Shown in pieces: positions 1 to 8,757 of a stretch of DNA of 64,000 nt. Under the pieces are notes generated by a model. The model searched no databases. It was not told where the DNA came from and saw nothing but the letters and a program-made list of their open reading frames with translations. Numbering within the stretch: position 1 is the first letter of the stretch; each line of letters starts with the position of its first letter. The stretch lies in the IMG/VR virus record IMGVR_UViG_3300033150_001117; one strand, given 5' to 3'. Both the position numbers and the translations under genes were made by a program. This DNA comes from an uncultured virus (IMG/VR IMGVR_UViG_3300033150_001117) (lineage: Duplodnaviria > Heunggongvirae > Uroviricota > Caudoviricetes).

Positions 1-3
1 AGG

Positions 4-282
4 GTGCAAAGCATCAGCGGAGAAGATTGCATCGCCGAAGGGTGCAAAAGTTGGAACGCGACATACTTGGACCTGCACTCCCCGATCCGGACGCCAGGGG
101 ACCATCTCTACGGGCCCCAGGGCCGGACCCCGGAGGAACGGCGTGAGTTTGTGACAGCCAATCTGCGTATAGAGTACAGGGCTCACTGGGACTCGCTGAA
201 CGCCAAACGTGGCTACGGCTGGGGCGTGAATCCGTGGGTCTGGGTGATCAAATTCAAGCAGCTTTTTGGGAACGGGCCCTGA
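4..282 (+). CDS. 5'-truncated conserved phage protein (ASCH/PUA-like C-terminus)
   Basis: Ends WDSLNAKRGYGWGVNPWVWVIKF, a common phage C-terminal motif; ORF runs off the window start. Confidence 0.6.
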   Translation: MQSISGEDCIAEGCKSWNATYLDLHSPIRTPGDHLYGPQGRTPEERREFVTANLRIEYRAHWDSLNAKRGYGWGVNPWVWVIKFKQLFGNGP

Positions 283-299
283 GTGTGTAGAATTGAGGT

Positions 300-399
300 G
301 TGGGCGGCGGCGTGTTCGCGTCACGCATCAGTGGCTGGGAGCCTTGGGGCGGTCAGCCTGTAGCCCCGGGACGGCGCGGTGAGAATCCGGCCCGCCCAC
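300..399 (+). ncRNA. tRNA-like structured RNA (non-canonical)
   Basis: GTGGGCGG 300-307 pairs with CCGCCCAC 392-399; GCGTG/CACGC hairpin 310-326; CGG-TGAGAAT-CCG T-arm-like hairpin; TAGAAT just upstream; T-run at 401. Confidence 0.45.
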
Positions 400-400
400 G

Positions 401-436
401 TTTTTAAGCAACTCACAGTTTTCAAGCAACTCACAG
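401..436. repeat. 18-bp tandem duplication
   Basis: TTTTTAAGCAACTCACAG / TTTTCAAGCAACTCACAG. Confidence 0.9.
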
Positions 437-598
437 AGGAATGATCAATGGACTGTATCGTGGCTGGCAACCGCAGGCGACGGCCGTCCGGAACGGCACT
501 GTCAGTCGGGCCGTGCGTGGCCCCATACTTCTCCTCGCCGGCGAGGCGGACAACGGCCGTGGGATCTACCGCCCGCCGATTTCAACAATAGTGATATA

Positions 599-1051
599 AT
601 GTACAAACTGCACGACTACACGTTGACCAGAAGGGCACGAGCATCGTTGATCGTGCTTTCGCGAAAGGAGCTTGGGTTTGGTCTATTTATCCAACGTAAT
701 ATCACCCTCACTGCCGAGACTCCGCAGATTGCATGGCAATCGGTGATAGGACCGGGCGGATACCTGGCCGGGCCGACAGCGATGGAATTTGCAACTGATG
801 GACCATGTATCCTAAAGGTAGGCGAAGAAGTCGAATGTGCCTTTAGATTGTATCGCGACGCGTGGTTGTTCATGCGGGCCGTTGCTGTTGAATACGAGCA
901 GCCGCGGCGGTTCAGATTCATCTCGATCGGAAGACCGCATTGCAACCAACCTGAAGTGCTTGATTACCTGGCGGGGCGTCGCGATTCGTTGCCCGACACC
1001 CTTGTGAAATATCCGCCCGCCGATTTCAACAGACGAGGTGCACCATGCTAG
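599..1051 (+). CDS. hypothetical moron-like protein
   Basis: 150-aa ORF, visibly more AT-rich, bracketed by 19-bp direct repeats, TGaTATAAT at 592-600. Confidence 0.55.
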   Translation: MYKLHDYTLTRRARASLIVLSRKELGFGLFIQRNITLTAETPQIAWQSVIGPGGYLAGPTAMEFATDGPCILKVGEEVECAFRLYRDAWLFMRAVAVEYEQPRRFRFISIGRPHCNQPEVLDYLAGRRDSLPDTLVKYPPADFNRRGAPC

Positions 1052-1200
1052 ACGACATCTTCCGCATTTCGCACGCAGATCCGAGTTTCGTGCGTGCAGT
1101 GATCATCGGCTGCTGCGTCGTGTTTTTGCTGCTGGCCCCCGTAGTGTTGTCCGGGAGATGGAAACGTTGACAACGGCACCGCCAGAAAGGAGGTGAGCAA

Positions 1201-1653
1201 ATGAGTCATGTGGCTCTGATCGACCTGACCGTGGACTCACTCGATACGCTCGCCAGGGCGTGCGAGGCGATGGGCTTCGCGTTCGACCGCGAGGCGACGA
1301 AATGGGCGTGGTATGGCTCCTGGATGAATGATTTCCATGCAGACCAGGCCGCCTACAAGCAGGGCATCCCTGTCGAGCGTTACGGTACATCCGATGCTGG
1401 CGTAATCCGCGTGCCGGGTGCCCAATACGAAATCGGCTGTTACAAGTCACCCAGCCAGCCGGGCCGTTACTGCCTGGTCTACGACAACTTCAACGAGGGT
1501 AAGGGCCTGCACGCCAAGTGCGGCCCCGGGCTGGGGCTGCTCAAGCAGCGGTACGCCGCCGAGCGGAGCAAGAGCGTGATGCGGCGGGCTGGCTGGATGG
1601 TCGCCGAGAAGAAACAGAACGACGGGCAGCTCAGGCTTGTCTGCACTAAATAG
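1201..1653 (+). CDS. DUF1257/Ycf35-like protein
   Basis: MSHV..I.L.V.SLD.L..AC..MG and L.QRYA.E motifs; RBS AGGAGG. Confidence 0.7.
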   Translation: MSHVALIDLTVDSLDTLARACEAMGFAFDREATKWAWYGSWMNDFHADQAAYKQGIPVERYGTSDAGVIRVPGAQYEIGCYKSPSQPGRYCLVYDNFNEGKGLHAKCGPGLGLLKQRYAAERSKSVMRRAGWMVAEKKQNDGQLRLVCTK

Positions 1654-1685
1654 CTTTCAGCACCCCTGACCAAGGAGGCGGAACC

Positions 1686-1868
1686 GTGAGAAAGGTAACA
1701 ATAACGATTGACACGTCGGGCCAGCCGCAGGTCGCGGTCGAGGGCGTCGCCGGGCCGGCCTGCCGCGAGGCCACAAAGGAACTGGAGAAGGCGCTCGGCG
1801 AGGTCCGATCGGACCGACTGACGCCCGAGTACCACCACCAGAGCGAGGTGCGCTGTGTCAAGCACTGA
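1686..1868 (+). CDS. DUF2997-like small protein
   Basis: ITID..G...V.VEGV.GPAC...TK.LEKALG...LTPEY; usual neighbour of DUF1257. Confidence 0.7.
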   Translation: MRKVTITIDTSGQPQVAVEGVAGPACREATKELEKALGEVRSDRLTPEYHHQSEVRCVKH

Positions 1869-2124
1869 GACCATCGAGCTAACGATCGACGGCTCCGGCC
1901 GGGTGTCGGCCGTCTGGGACGACGCCCTGGCCGATCTGGCTGAGCTGGGCGAGTGCCGCGTCAAGCGCGCCTCGCACATCGAGTGGGACGGCACGGGCTG
2001 GAGTGCTGACCTTTCGCCCGTGGGCGGGCCCGTGCTCGAAAGCTACCGTCGCCGCCGGGACGCCCTGGCGGCGGAACACGACTGGCTCCTGGCAAACTGG
2101 AGACCTGAGTTATGTACGAACTGA
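1855..2124 (+). CDS. conserved protein of DUF1257/DUF2997 clusters
   Basis: RASHIE...WSADLSPVGGPVL...RR.DALAAE.DWL motif. Confidence 0.6.
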   Translation: MSSTETIELTIDGSGRVSAVWDDALADLAELGECRVKRASHIEWDGTGWSADLSPVGGPVLESYRRRRDALAAEHDWLLANWRPELCTN

Positions 2125-2591
2125 TCCAGCAGGCTCGTGACATAGTCGCCGGCCGCTCGCTGTACGTTGCCGCCACGGACCACCTTCGCGCGTTACTGGC
2201 GGAGATCGACAGGCTCGCAGATCAGAGGGCAGGGGACAGGGGGCAGGGGCTAATGGACGATAAGCGACTCATCCGCTGTAGACATTGTGGCAATGAGATA
2301 CTCCTCGACGCTGGTGACAAGGAGTGCTACTACTGCCACGCGCTGCTGGCGTGCCCACTACCGGACTCCGATCGGGCCAGGCTTGCGGCGATAGCGGGGC
2401 CGGTGGCAATGCTGCTCCAATCGCACAACGATCACGGGCTGCCACTTTCCGTGACGGGAGTCGAGTCGGCGCTCGTGGCGATCCTCCACATGTGCGCCAT
2501 CGTCGGCGTGCCCCTGCGGGAGCTCGCCGAATACGCGCGGTTGTACAGCGAATCAACGGACAAGGAGCGATGGCTAAGGGAGATGACCTGA
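2112..2591 (+). CDS. hypothetical protein with zinc-ribbon
   Basis: CRHC..CYYC; degenerate heptamer repeat in frame at 2221-2250. Confidence 0.45.
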   Translation: MYELIQQARDIVAGRSLYVAATDHLRALLAEIDRLADQRAGDRGQGLMDDKRLIRCRHCGNEILLDAGDKECYYCHALLACPLPDSDRARLAAIAGPVAMLLQSHNDHGLPLSVTGVESALVAILHMCAIVGVPLRELAEYARLYSESTDKERWLREMT

Positions 2592-2986
2592 AGGATGGAC
2601 GGGGCGTGAGGCTCGGCGACTGCCGCAAGCTGCTGCCGCGGCGTGCGGCTGACTGGCCGAGCCCGAACATCGTCCGCTACCGGGGCGTGGTCGCAGACTA
2701 CCGCCGCCGCTGGCAGTTCTGTCAGGTGTGCGAGGTCCCGTTGACGAGCGCTCAATGTGACGTGCACCATATCGTGGGCGGCGCGGGGCGGTCGGACGAG
2801 CGATGCAACCTGCTGCGGCTCTGCACCGGGTGCCACGACGAGAGCTGGAGTGCCATGCTCCCCGTGTCGCTGTGGGCCAAGTGGCGGACCGACCGGCAGG
2901 CCCTCGACTGGGTGCGGCTGGCGGTCCTGCTCGGGCATCACCTGCCGGAGCCCCGGCCGCCGGCGTGGTATAATAAGGGTGCATAG
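2570..2986 (+). CDS. HNH endonuclease
   Basis: CQVC...DVHHIVG..GRSD..CNLLRLCTGCH; ATG 2570 after AAGGAG. Confidence 0.7.
   Translation: MAKGDDLKDGRGVRLGDCRKLLPRRAADWPSPNIVRYRGVVADYRRRWQFCQVCEVPLTSAQCDVHHIVGGAGRSDERCNLLRLCTGCHDESWSAMLPVSLWAKWRTDRQALDWVRLAVLLGHHLPEPRPPAWYNKGA
2966..2974 (+). promoter_or_regulatory. extended -10 promoter element
   Basis: TGgTATAAT upstream of AGGAG RBS and ORF 2993. Confidence 0.5.
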
Positions 2987-2992
2987 GAGAAA

Positions 2993-3391
2993 TTGCGAAT
3001 GGTTTCCAAGGCTCCCCGACGATCACACCTCTACATCCTCAATGGTAAGGAGGTCGTGCCCGTAACCGACGTGGCCGAATGGTGCCGTTGGCGCAGGGCG
3101 GTCGCCCCGGTAGTGGTGGGGAGGACGGAGACAAGAGGCTGCCTCGTCAGCACGGTGTTCCTCGGAATGGATCACGGCTTGGACTGCACGCGGCCGCTGC
3201 TGTTCGAGACGATGATCTTAGGCGGGCGCCGCGACGGGCGGCAGTGGCGATACTCAACGTGGGACGAGGCGGAGGAGGGGCACGCCCGCGTCACGCGATT
3301 AGTCCGCGACGACGTTTGGTGGCGGCGGCTGGCTGCGGGGGTACTACGCCTGTTTTTTTGGAGGCACACTGCCGATGCTGTACGATCCTGA
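2993..3391 (+). CDS. conserved phage hypothetical protein
   Basis: VSTVFLGMDH..PLLFETMI.GG..QWRYSTWDEAEEGH motif. Confidence 0.65.
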   Translation: MRMVSKAPRRSHLYILNGKEVVPVTDVAEWCRWRRAVAPVVVGRTETRGCLVSTVFLGMDHGLDCTRPLLFETMILGGRRDGRQWRYSTWDEAEEGHARVTRLVRDDVWWRRLAAGVLRLFFWRHTADAVRS

Positions 3392-3493
3392 GAACTTGCC
3401 GGACCAGAACGTCGATCCTCCCCGCGAGGAGGAGCTGACTGGCTGGGAGCGGCAGGACCTCCGCGAGACGGAGGGTGACCTGCTTTACCACGA

Positions 3494-3769
3494 GTGGGCA
3501 GAAAGGGAGGGCGAGAAATGCGACGCACCATGAAGGTCGTTTGGAAAGAAGACGCAACGGGCAGGGAGCTGTTGAACAGGGAGGGCGACAACGTGTACAG
3601 CGTCGTCGTGGCCACCTGCAATGCCGGTACGCTTGCCGAACTCGGCAAAGCAATTCTTGACGGACTCCGGGGGACACCCGAGGCCGGCGAGCTGCTTGAA
3701 TATGCAGCCGGCGTAGTCTTCCCTGAAACAGCCAAAGAAAGCGAACCCTGCGGCGACGGTCGGAAGTAA
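3494..3769 (+). CDS. hypothetical protein (start probably 3518 or 3530)
   Basis: ORF with GGAGG RBS and protein-like composition. Confidence 0.5.
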   Translation: MGRKGGREMRRTMKVVWKEDATGRELLNREGDNVYSVVVATCNAGTLAELGKAILDGLRGTPEAGELLEYAAGVVFPETAKESEPCGDGRK

Positions 3770-3786
3770 CCCGAAGGCCGGGAGCA

Positions 3787-4068
3787 GTGAGGATGGTGGA
3801 GTTTTCGCTGACGCCCAAGAGGGTCCTTGGCCTGGCTGACGGCCGGCGGGCGAGTAACCACGGGCCGTTTAGCTGGTGGGGCCCGGCGAGCGCTGCCATC
3901 TGGTCAGCCGGCGCGCCGCACGACGTGGTGACGGTGGCCGGCGGCCGCTACTTCGCGTGGTGGCGGGGCAGGCAGGTAGCCCGCTACAACTCGGCCACCG
4001 GCGAGCTGAGGATAGACTGGCCGGCGATTGCCGGCAGGGCTCGGGAGCTGGTTCGGGAGGCAGCCTGA
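3787..4068 (+). CDS. hypothetical protein
   Basis: 93-aa ORF in operon context. Confidence 0.45.
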   Translation: MRMVEFSLTPKRVLGLADGRRASNHGPFSWWGPASAAIWSAGAPHDVVTVAGGRYFAWWRGRQVARYNSATGELRIDWPAIAGRARELVREAA

Positions 4069-4078
4069 AAGGTTGGGG

Positions 4079-4107
4079 TTTACAGGAGCCGCCCGAGGTG
4101 CTATAGT
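4079..4107 (+). promoter_or_regulatory. sigma70-type promoter
   Basis: TTTACA-17 bp-TATAGT with extended TG at 4099-4100. Confidence 0.6.
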
Positions 4108-4129
4108 TGGGGCAGTTGAAGCTTTATCC

Positions 4130-4161
4130 AAGAAAAGAGGCCCGACCGTGGAGGACGGGCC
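4130..4161 (-). terminator. intrinsic terminator (minus strand)
   Basis: GGCCCG/CGGGCC stem (4139-4144, 4156-4161) followed on - strand by TCTTTTCTT. Confidence 0.55.
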
Positions 4162-4243
4162 CCGAGTGACCGGCGGCGGCACGACCCGCTGGGCCGGTCT
4201 GCATAACGCAACGGCAACTTGCGCCATGCCTTTATTAGCAATC

Positions 4244-4252
4244 ATTATAGCA
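4244..4252 (-). promoter_or_regulatory. extended -10 promoter (minus strand)
   Basis: TGcTATAAT on - strand. Confidence 0.5.
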
Positions 4253-4875
4253 GAACTTTCGCCGGCAGCAATAGCGCCGCCGGACAAAAAAGACCCGCGG
4301 AGTGGTGCGGAACACGGGTCGCCCTCTGGCAAGCTGGGGCGGCCCGCGTTCTTTTCTTGGCTGGGCTTACGGGTCCCCCTCTTGGCGGCTGGCAGAAGCG
4401 GAACCGAGCGAGACTCCGCCCGCGACGGACGCGGCCAGCCGCCGCAATTTACCCGCCTAGCCTTTCTTTTCTGCCTCGAATCAGCGTCAGCCGGATTCGC
4501 AACCGGCCGAGGTACTTGCCGGCTCTGCGGGGAGAACCCCCGAGCGTTGCCGGAGATATAGCCCAGGATGGCGACGGGATCGGACGCCCGACGAGGCCAA
4601 GGCCACCAGGCACAGCCCACAAGCGGCCGAGGTAACGGAGCGTTGAAGGCCGCAATCCGACAGATGTTCTTGTGCTACGTGTTCCCGTAGTCGGTGCCGA
4701 CGTCCGGGCTACGGTAAACAGCGTGGGTCCGTGGGGGAAGCTGGACGCGGACAGAAAGAAAGTCCAGCCGGAAAGCTGGCCTCCCAGGGCGGTGGCGAAA
4801 GCCTATTTGTGCCGGCTCCGCTTGCCAAAAACGGGGTCGGTGCGCGACCAACCCGAACGATAGCGAACAGCAACA

Positions 4876-5361
4876 ATGAAATCCCTACGCTATACCACGA
4901 AAGCTGAAGAACATGCCTACATGAAGGGAAGGCAGGAGATGAATCGGAGGGCTGCCCTCCGGAACCAAAACGAAAACTGGTTCGCGGACAAGCTGAAAAC
5001 CAACAAGCACAAATGGAGCCGGCAAGCCCAGTGGGGTTACCGGCTCTTTGATTTCTGGTGTCACGAACTTGGGATTGCAGTGGAAGTAGACGGGCCCGAG
5101 CACGACCCCGGTTACGACGGCTACCGGGATAAGTACAATTATCTTCGCAGCGGGATCATCGTTCTGCATGTCCGAAACCGAAATGAGGCCGACGCGAAAC
5201 TGGCCTTGGAGTTCATTGCGAAAGCAGAGGACTGGAGTAGCCGCCGTAGGTTGTTAGGCCTGGACAGTACCAAGAAAAGAGATCGAAAACGCTTAGCACA
5301 ACGTGCGAGCAGAAAGCCGTGGGTGCCTAGCCCTTCGCCAGAACTCGATATCGAAAACTGA
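4876..5361 (+). CDS. DUF559/Vsr-like endonuclease
   Basis: YRLFDFWCHELGIAVEVDGPEH...RD.Y....GI.VL. Confidence 0.75.
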   Translation: MKSLRYTTKAEEHAYMKGRQEMNRRAALRNQNENWFADKLKTNKHKWSRQAQWGYRLFDFWCHELGIAVEVDGPEHDPGYDGYRDKYNYLRSGIIVLHVRNRNEADAKLALEFIAKAEDWSSRRRLLGLDSTKKRDRKRLAQRASRKPWVPSPSPELDIEN

Positions 5362-5477
5362 GATCATGGCCATGATGCAAGGCCTGGATTCAGTGAGGTC
5401 AGAGGGAAGCGAAGGGAGTGTCCCAGGGGGGAGGGTGCGCAGTTTTTTTTGTATAATGGGATCAAAGGAGTGAGTCC

Positions 5478-6881
5478 GTGGCAAAGGCGAAAATGAAGTT
5501 GGCGGATATTGTTTGGGACCCTGATATTTATCCCCGCGACAAATGGGCTGCGAGCACCGTGGCCAGGTACGCTGACGCCTACCTGGCAGGGGAGCAGCTT
5601 CCGCCGTTGGGTATTGAGAAGGGCACCAAGCGACTGCTCGACGGGAGGCACCGCGAGCTGGCCATTGTTAGGGCGAACGAGCTTTACGATCAGGCCGACA
5701 AGCGTGACGGTTGGACTCGACCTGGCGAGAAGGTCGACGTGGAGTTTCACGTCGTGCCAGATAACGTGCCGATCAAACTGTACGCTGCCAGCCTCAGCGC
5801 CAAGCACGGCGACCGGCTTTCGTCGGCCGATACAAAGGCGTTGGCCCGTGAGTTGTTCGCCGAGTCCGAGGACGAGGCGACGGCCGAAGCTGTAGCGAAC
5901 TGGCTGGGTGTGTCAAAACGCACGGCCTACAACTACCTGTCGGACCTGATCGCCAAGAAGCGTGAGGGCCAGCTCTCGCAGATCAGCGTACTGAGCCGGC
6001 TGGGATGGACGCAGCAAGAGATCGGGGAGGCCGTGAAATTGACACAAGGCCGGATCAGCCAGTTTTTATTAGAAAGTGCAGACTTGCACAAACTAATAAA
6101 AAATCGCCTTTCGTCCGGCATCCCGGTTGAGGAGGTAGCCTCGGACGCGAACATGACGCTGCCGCTGGCTTGGTCGATCAAGCTCGACGGCGAGAAGGAC
6201 GATGCGAAACGGCTGGACCAACTCGGCGTCAACGTCCAGCCCTACGATGTCTGGAACTTTGCCGGCTGCCTGGAAGGCTTCGGCATGGACTATCCGGGAC
6301 GAATCCCGGCCCAGCTTGTCGCGCACGTCCTGTATTTCTACACGAAGCCGAAGCAGCTTATCCTCGATCCGATGGCCGGCGGCGGGACGGTTAACGATGT
6401 TTGCCTGGCGATGGGGAGGCGTTGTTACAGCTACGATGCCCACCCGGTCCGGTACGACGTGGTGGAACACGACATGGCCGCCGGTTGGCCGGACAGGATC
6501 AAGAAGGCGTCGTTGATCTTCTGGGACCCTCCGTACTTTGACAAGGTAGACAAGCAGTACGGCGAGAAGAGCATTAGCCGCCTGGAGCGTGCGAAGTATC
6601 TGGCGTTCTTTGAGGCTCGTTTCAAGGAGGCGAGAAAACTCGCGAACGCCGGCACCTTGCTTGCCTTCCTAATGAGCAACTGGGACGATCCAAAGCAACC
6701 CGGCAACACCATCGGGCTCTGGGATTACGCCGACAAGTTGCGAGCTGCGAAGTGGAAGCTCCTGCGGCAGATCGACTGCCCCTTGTCCACACAACAGGTC
6801 CATCCGGACATCGTGCAGAAAAAGAGAAAGTCACGAGGGCTGTGCCGTCTTCAGAGAAGCCTGCTGATATGTCAGAAGTAA
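5478..6881 (+). CDS. ParB-like/HTH DNA methyltransferase (N6A/N4C)
   Basis: LLDGRHR (ParB-N), HTH segments, ILDPMAGGGT, FWDPPY; TATAAT at 5452. Confidence 0.85.
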   Translation: MAKAKMKLADIVWDPDIYPRDKWAASTVARYADAYLAGEQLPPLGIEKGTKRLLDGRHRELAIVRANELYDQADKRDGWTRPGEKVDVEFHVVPDNVPIKLYAASLSAKHGDRLSSADTKALARELFAESEDEATAEAVANWLGVSKRTAYNYLSDLIAKKREGQLSQISVLSRLGWTQQEIGEAVKLTQGRISQFLLESADLHKLIKNRLSSGIPVEEVASDANMTLPLAWSIKLDGEKDDAKRLDQLGVNVQPYDVWNFAGCLEGFGMDYPGRIPAQLVAHVLYFYTKPKQLILDPMAGGGTVNDVCLAMGRRCYSYDAHPVRYDVVEHDMAAGWPDRIKKASLIFWDPPYFDKVDKQYGEKSISRLERAKYLAFFEARFKEARKLANAGTLLAFLMSNWDDPKQPGNTIGLWDYADKLRAAKWKLLRQIDCPLSTQQVHPDIVQKKRKSRGLCRLQRSLLICQK

Positions 6882-7519
6882 GACTCCAGTACTATTCGTC
6901 GGCCTACATCGTCGGTTTCTGCCGCAAGCATCCGATAGATTGGATGCCTGCCTGGGCCTCAGAACGCAGACGTGGCGCCTTGGCAGATCAGTGCGGTATG
7001 CCGCCAAAGCCGAGCGTAGCGATATTCTTCGAGCTACTAACGGCGGGAAAAAAGCTCTTTACTCAGGGTGAGTTTTGGTCTCGTTGCGTCGAAAGCTGGG
7101 ACGGCGAGTGGTGGCAGAAACTGGACGCTCATCGGCGCACAGCATTGCAGGCCAAAGCATACGCAAACTTTTATCCCTCCTGTATTGATCAGCTTCACGT
7201 CTGGGCACTGCTTGTAGAGGAAGGGGATTTCGATGAGTGTTTCCTCGATACGCTTGAGGATTATGTTGGGCACAGCGATTTGACGTTGGTTCGCAACGGC
7301 ACCAGAATAAAAATAGGACTGCGCATCGGCAGTCGTCATGCCCAACAGGACAGAAGCTATAAGCTTACACACAGGAAGGCAGATCAGTCTGTCGTAGACG
7401 TACCTTTGCCGCTAGATCGACCCATGGACGCGCGCAGCAATAAACGCTGGTACGAGTGGTCAGATCTGTCCCGCTTGATTGGTTGCGAGCCGGAACGGCA
7501 GACAGGGCTGTTCGATTGA
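6869..7519 (+). CDS. putative restriction-endonuclease-like protein
   Basis: Overlaps MTase stop; more AT-rich; acidic D..ED....DL motif reminiscent of TaqI-like PD-(D/E)XK enzymes. Confidence 0.35.
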   Translation: MSEVRLQYYSSAYIVGFCRKHPIDWMPAWASERRRGALADQCGMPPKPSVAIFFELLTAGKKLFTQGEFWSRCVESWDGEWWQKLDAHRRTALQAKAYANFYPSCIDQLHVWALLVEEGDFDECFLDTLEDYVGHSDLTLVRNGTRIKIGLRIGSRHAQQDRSYKLTHRKADQSVVDVPLPLDRPMDARSNKRWYEWSDLSRLIGCEPERQTGLFD

Positions 7520-7522
7520 TAC

Positions 7523-7726
7523 ATGGGTATAATGAAACACCTCCACTACGACGCCGTGACGCTCGGTAAGGGGCACGTAACCCAAAGGCTCGTCGAGGAG
7601 ACAGGGATGAGTCCGGATGCACTTGCCGAGGTGATCGGCGGCTACTTCGCCGAGATGCTCGCGGGAGCGAGGCAGCCGGAGATCGAGCAGGAAAGGCAGA
7701 TGAGGTTGTTCGATGACGATCTTTGA
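7523..7726 (+). CDS. hypothetical protein
   Basis: 67-aa ORF, overlaps next start. Confidence 0.45.
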   Translation: MGIMKHLHYDAVTLGKGHVTQRLVEETGMSPDALAEVIGGYFAEMLAGARQPEIEQERQMRLFDDDL

Positions 7727-7955
7727 CGAGATGAAGCCCGGCCCCGACGCCCGGCTGGACGATAAATTGGCGTGGATCGAGAGGCACAGGCCGCCGGTGC
7801 GGAAGCCGCCGCACTCCGGGCCGTGCGATTGGCAGGACGTGCCGGTGGCGAGCAAGCAACTCAACGCGAAGCCGGACCCGAACGGCCGGTGGTTCCGGCG
7901 GGAATGTCGATTATGCTCGCGGTTCTATGGATTTGGGGTGAGGGATGACGAGTAG
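7713..7955 (+). CDS. hypothetical protein
   Basis: 80-aa ORF, C-terminal CxxC. Confidence 0.45.
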   Translation: MTIFDEMKPGPDARLDDKLAWIERHRPPVRKPPHSGPCDWQDVPVASKQLNAKPDPNGRWFRRECRLCSRFYGFGVRDDE

Positions 7956-8001
7956 GCGTAGTTCATTTCGCAACTTGATTTCACCGAAGGGAGGGTTGCC
8001 G

Positions 8002-8529
8002 ATGGCTGAGAAACAGACACCTATTGCTGACGTGGTGCTGCGAGGGATCATGGTGGGCGGGGGGTTGATCATGTTGTTCGTGCTGACCGCGATGGTCCTG
8101 GCACCGCTGGCTAAAGTTGGCCGCCAGCCGACGAAGGCTGAGCGATGGCGGGAAGGCAGACTTGACGGTAGACAGCGGAAGGTCGCCCGGAGCCACACGT
8201 CGAATCAGCACGTAAAGATCGGCGAGGTGGCGGTTATCCGGGTCGACACCTGCGGGGGAACAACGGCTGGGTCACATGATCGCATGACCCAACTACTCGC
8301 CGCGAAGGACTTTCGCGGAGTGGGACAAATGGTGTTGAGGGGAGAGGTTGTCATGCTGAAACAGGGAACGCGGGTGCGCAAGATTGGCTGGGGATTGTTT
8401 AGCAATGAGGTGCGCGTTCTCGATGGACCAGTGACCGGCCGAGCCTGCTTCGTGGCGCGGGAGTTCCTAGCCCCGGCATCAGGCAATGGCTCTGCTAATG
8501 CCGGAGTAACGAGTGGGCGGCGAAATTGA
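8002..8529 (+). CDS. hypothetical membrane-anchored protein
   Basis: N-terminal hydrophobic helix; GGGAGG RBS. Confidence 0.55.
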   Translation: MAEKQTPIADVVLRGIMVGGGLIMLFVLTAMVLAPLAKVGRQPTKAERWREGRLDGRQRKVARSHTSNQHVKIGEVAVIRVDTCGGTTAGSHDRMTQLLAAKDFRGVGQMVLRGEVVMLKQGTRVRKIGWGLFSNEVRVLDGPVTGRACFVAREFLAPASGNGSANAGVTSGRRN

Positions 8530-8677
8530 GCACGGCGAAACGAAGTCGCGCTGACAACCACGGGGAGGCAGTTGTGGGACCAATAGGCGGGGGCGTTTCT
8601 TAGCTTCGACCTCACAATGGAGAGCTGACGTTTGGTAGCGTTTGCAAACATCACGCGACCCTTGCCGGAGGAGAGCA

Positions 8678-8727
8678 AGTGCTCTACAAGCTGACTGACG
8701 GGAACGATCAGACTTACGGCGGCTGCC
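8678..8727 (+). repeat. 50-bp direct repeat, copy 1 (copy 2 at 10518-10567)
   Basis: 47/50 identical at offset 1840. Confidence 0.9.
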
Positions 8728-8757
8728 GGTGCCTGGTGATTCGATAGATAACGTGCC

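Noticed and set aside
300..399. Canonical tRNA gene
   Set aside because: No GTTCRA T-loop and no clear 7-nt anticodon loop; kept only as tRNA-like
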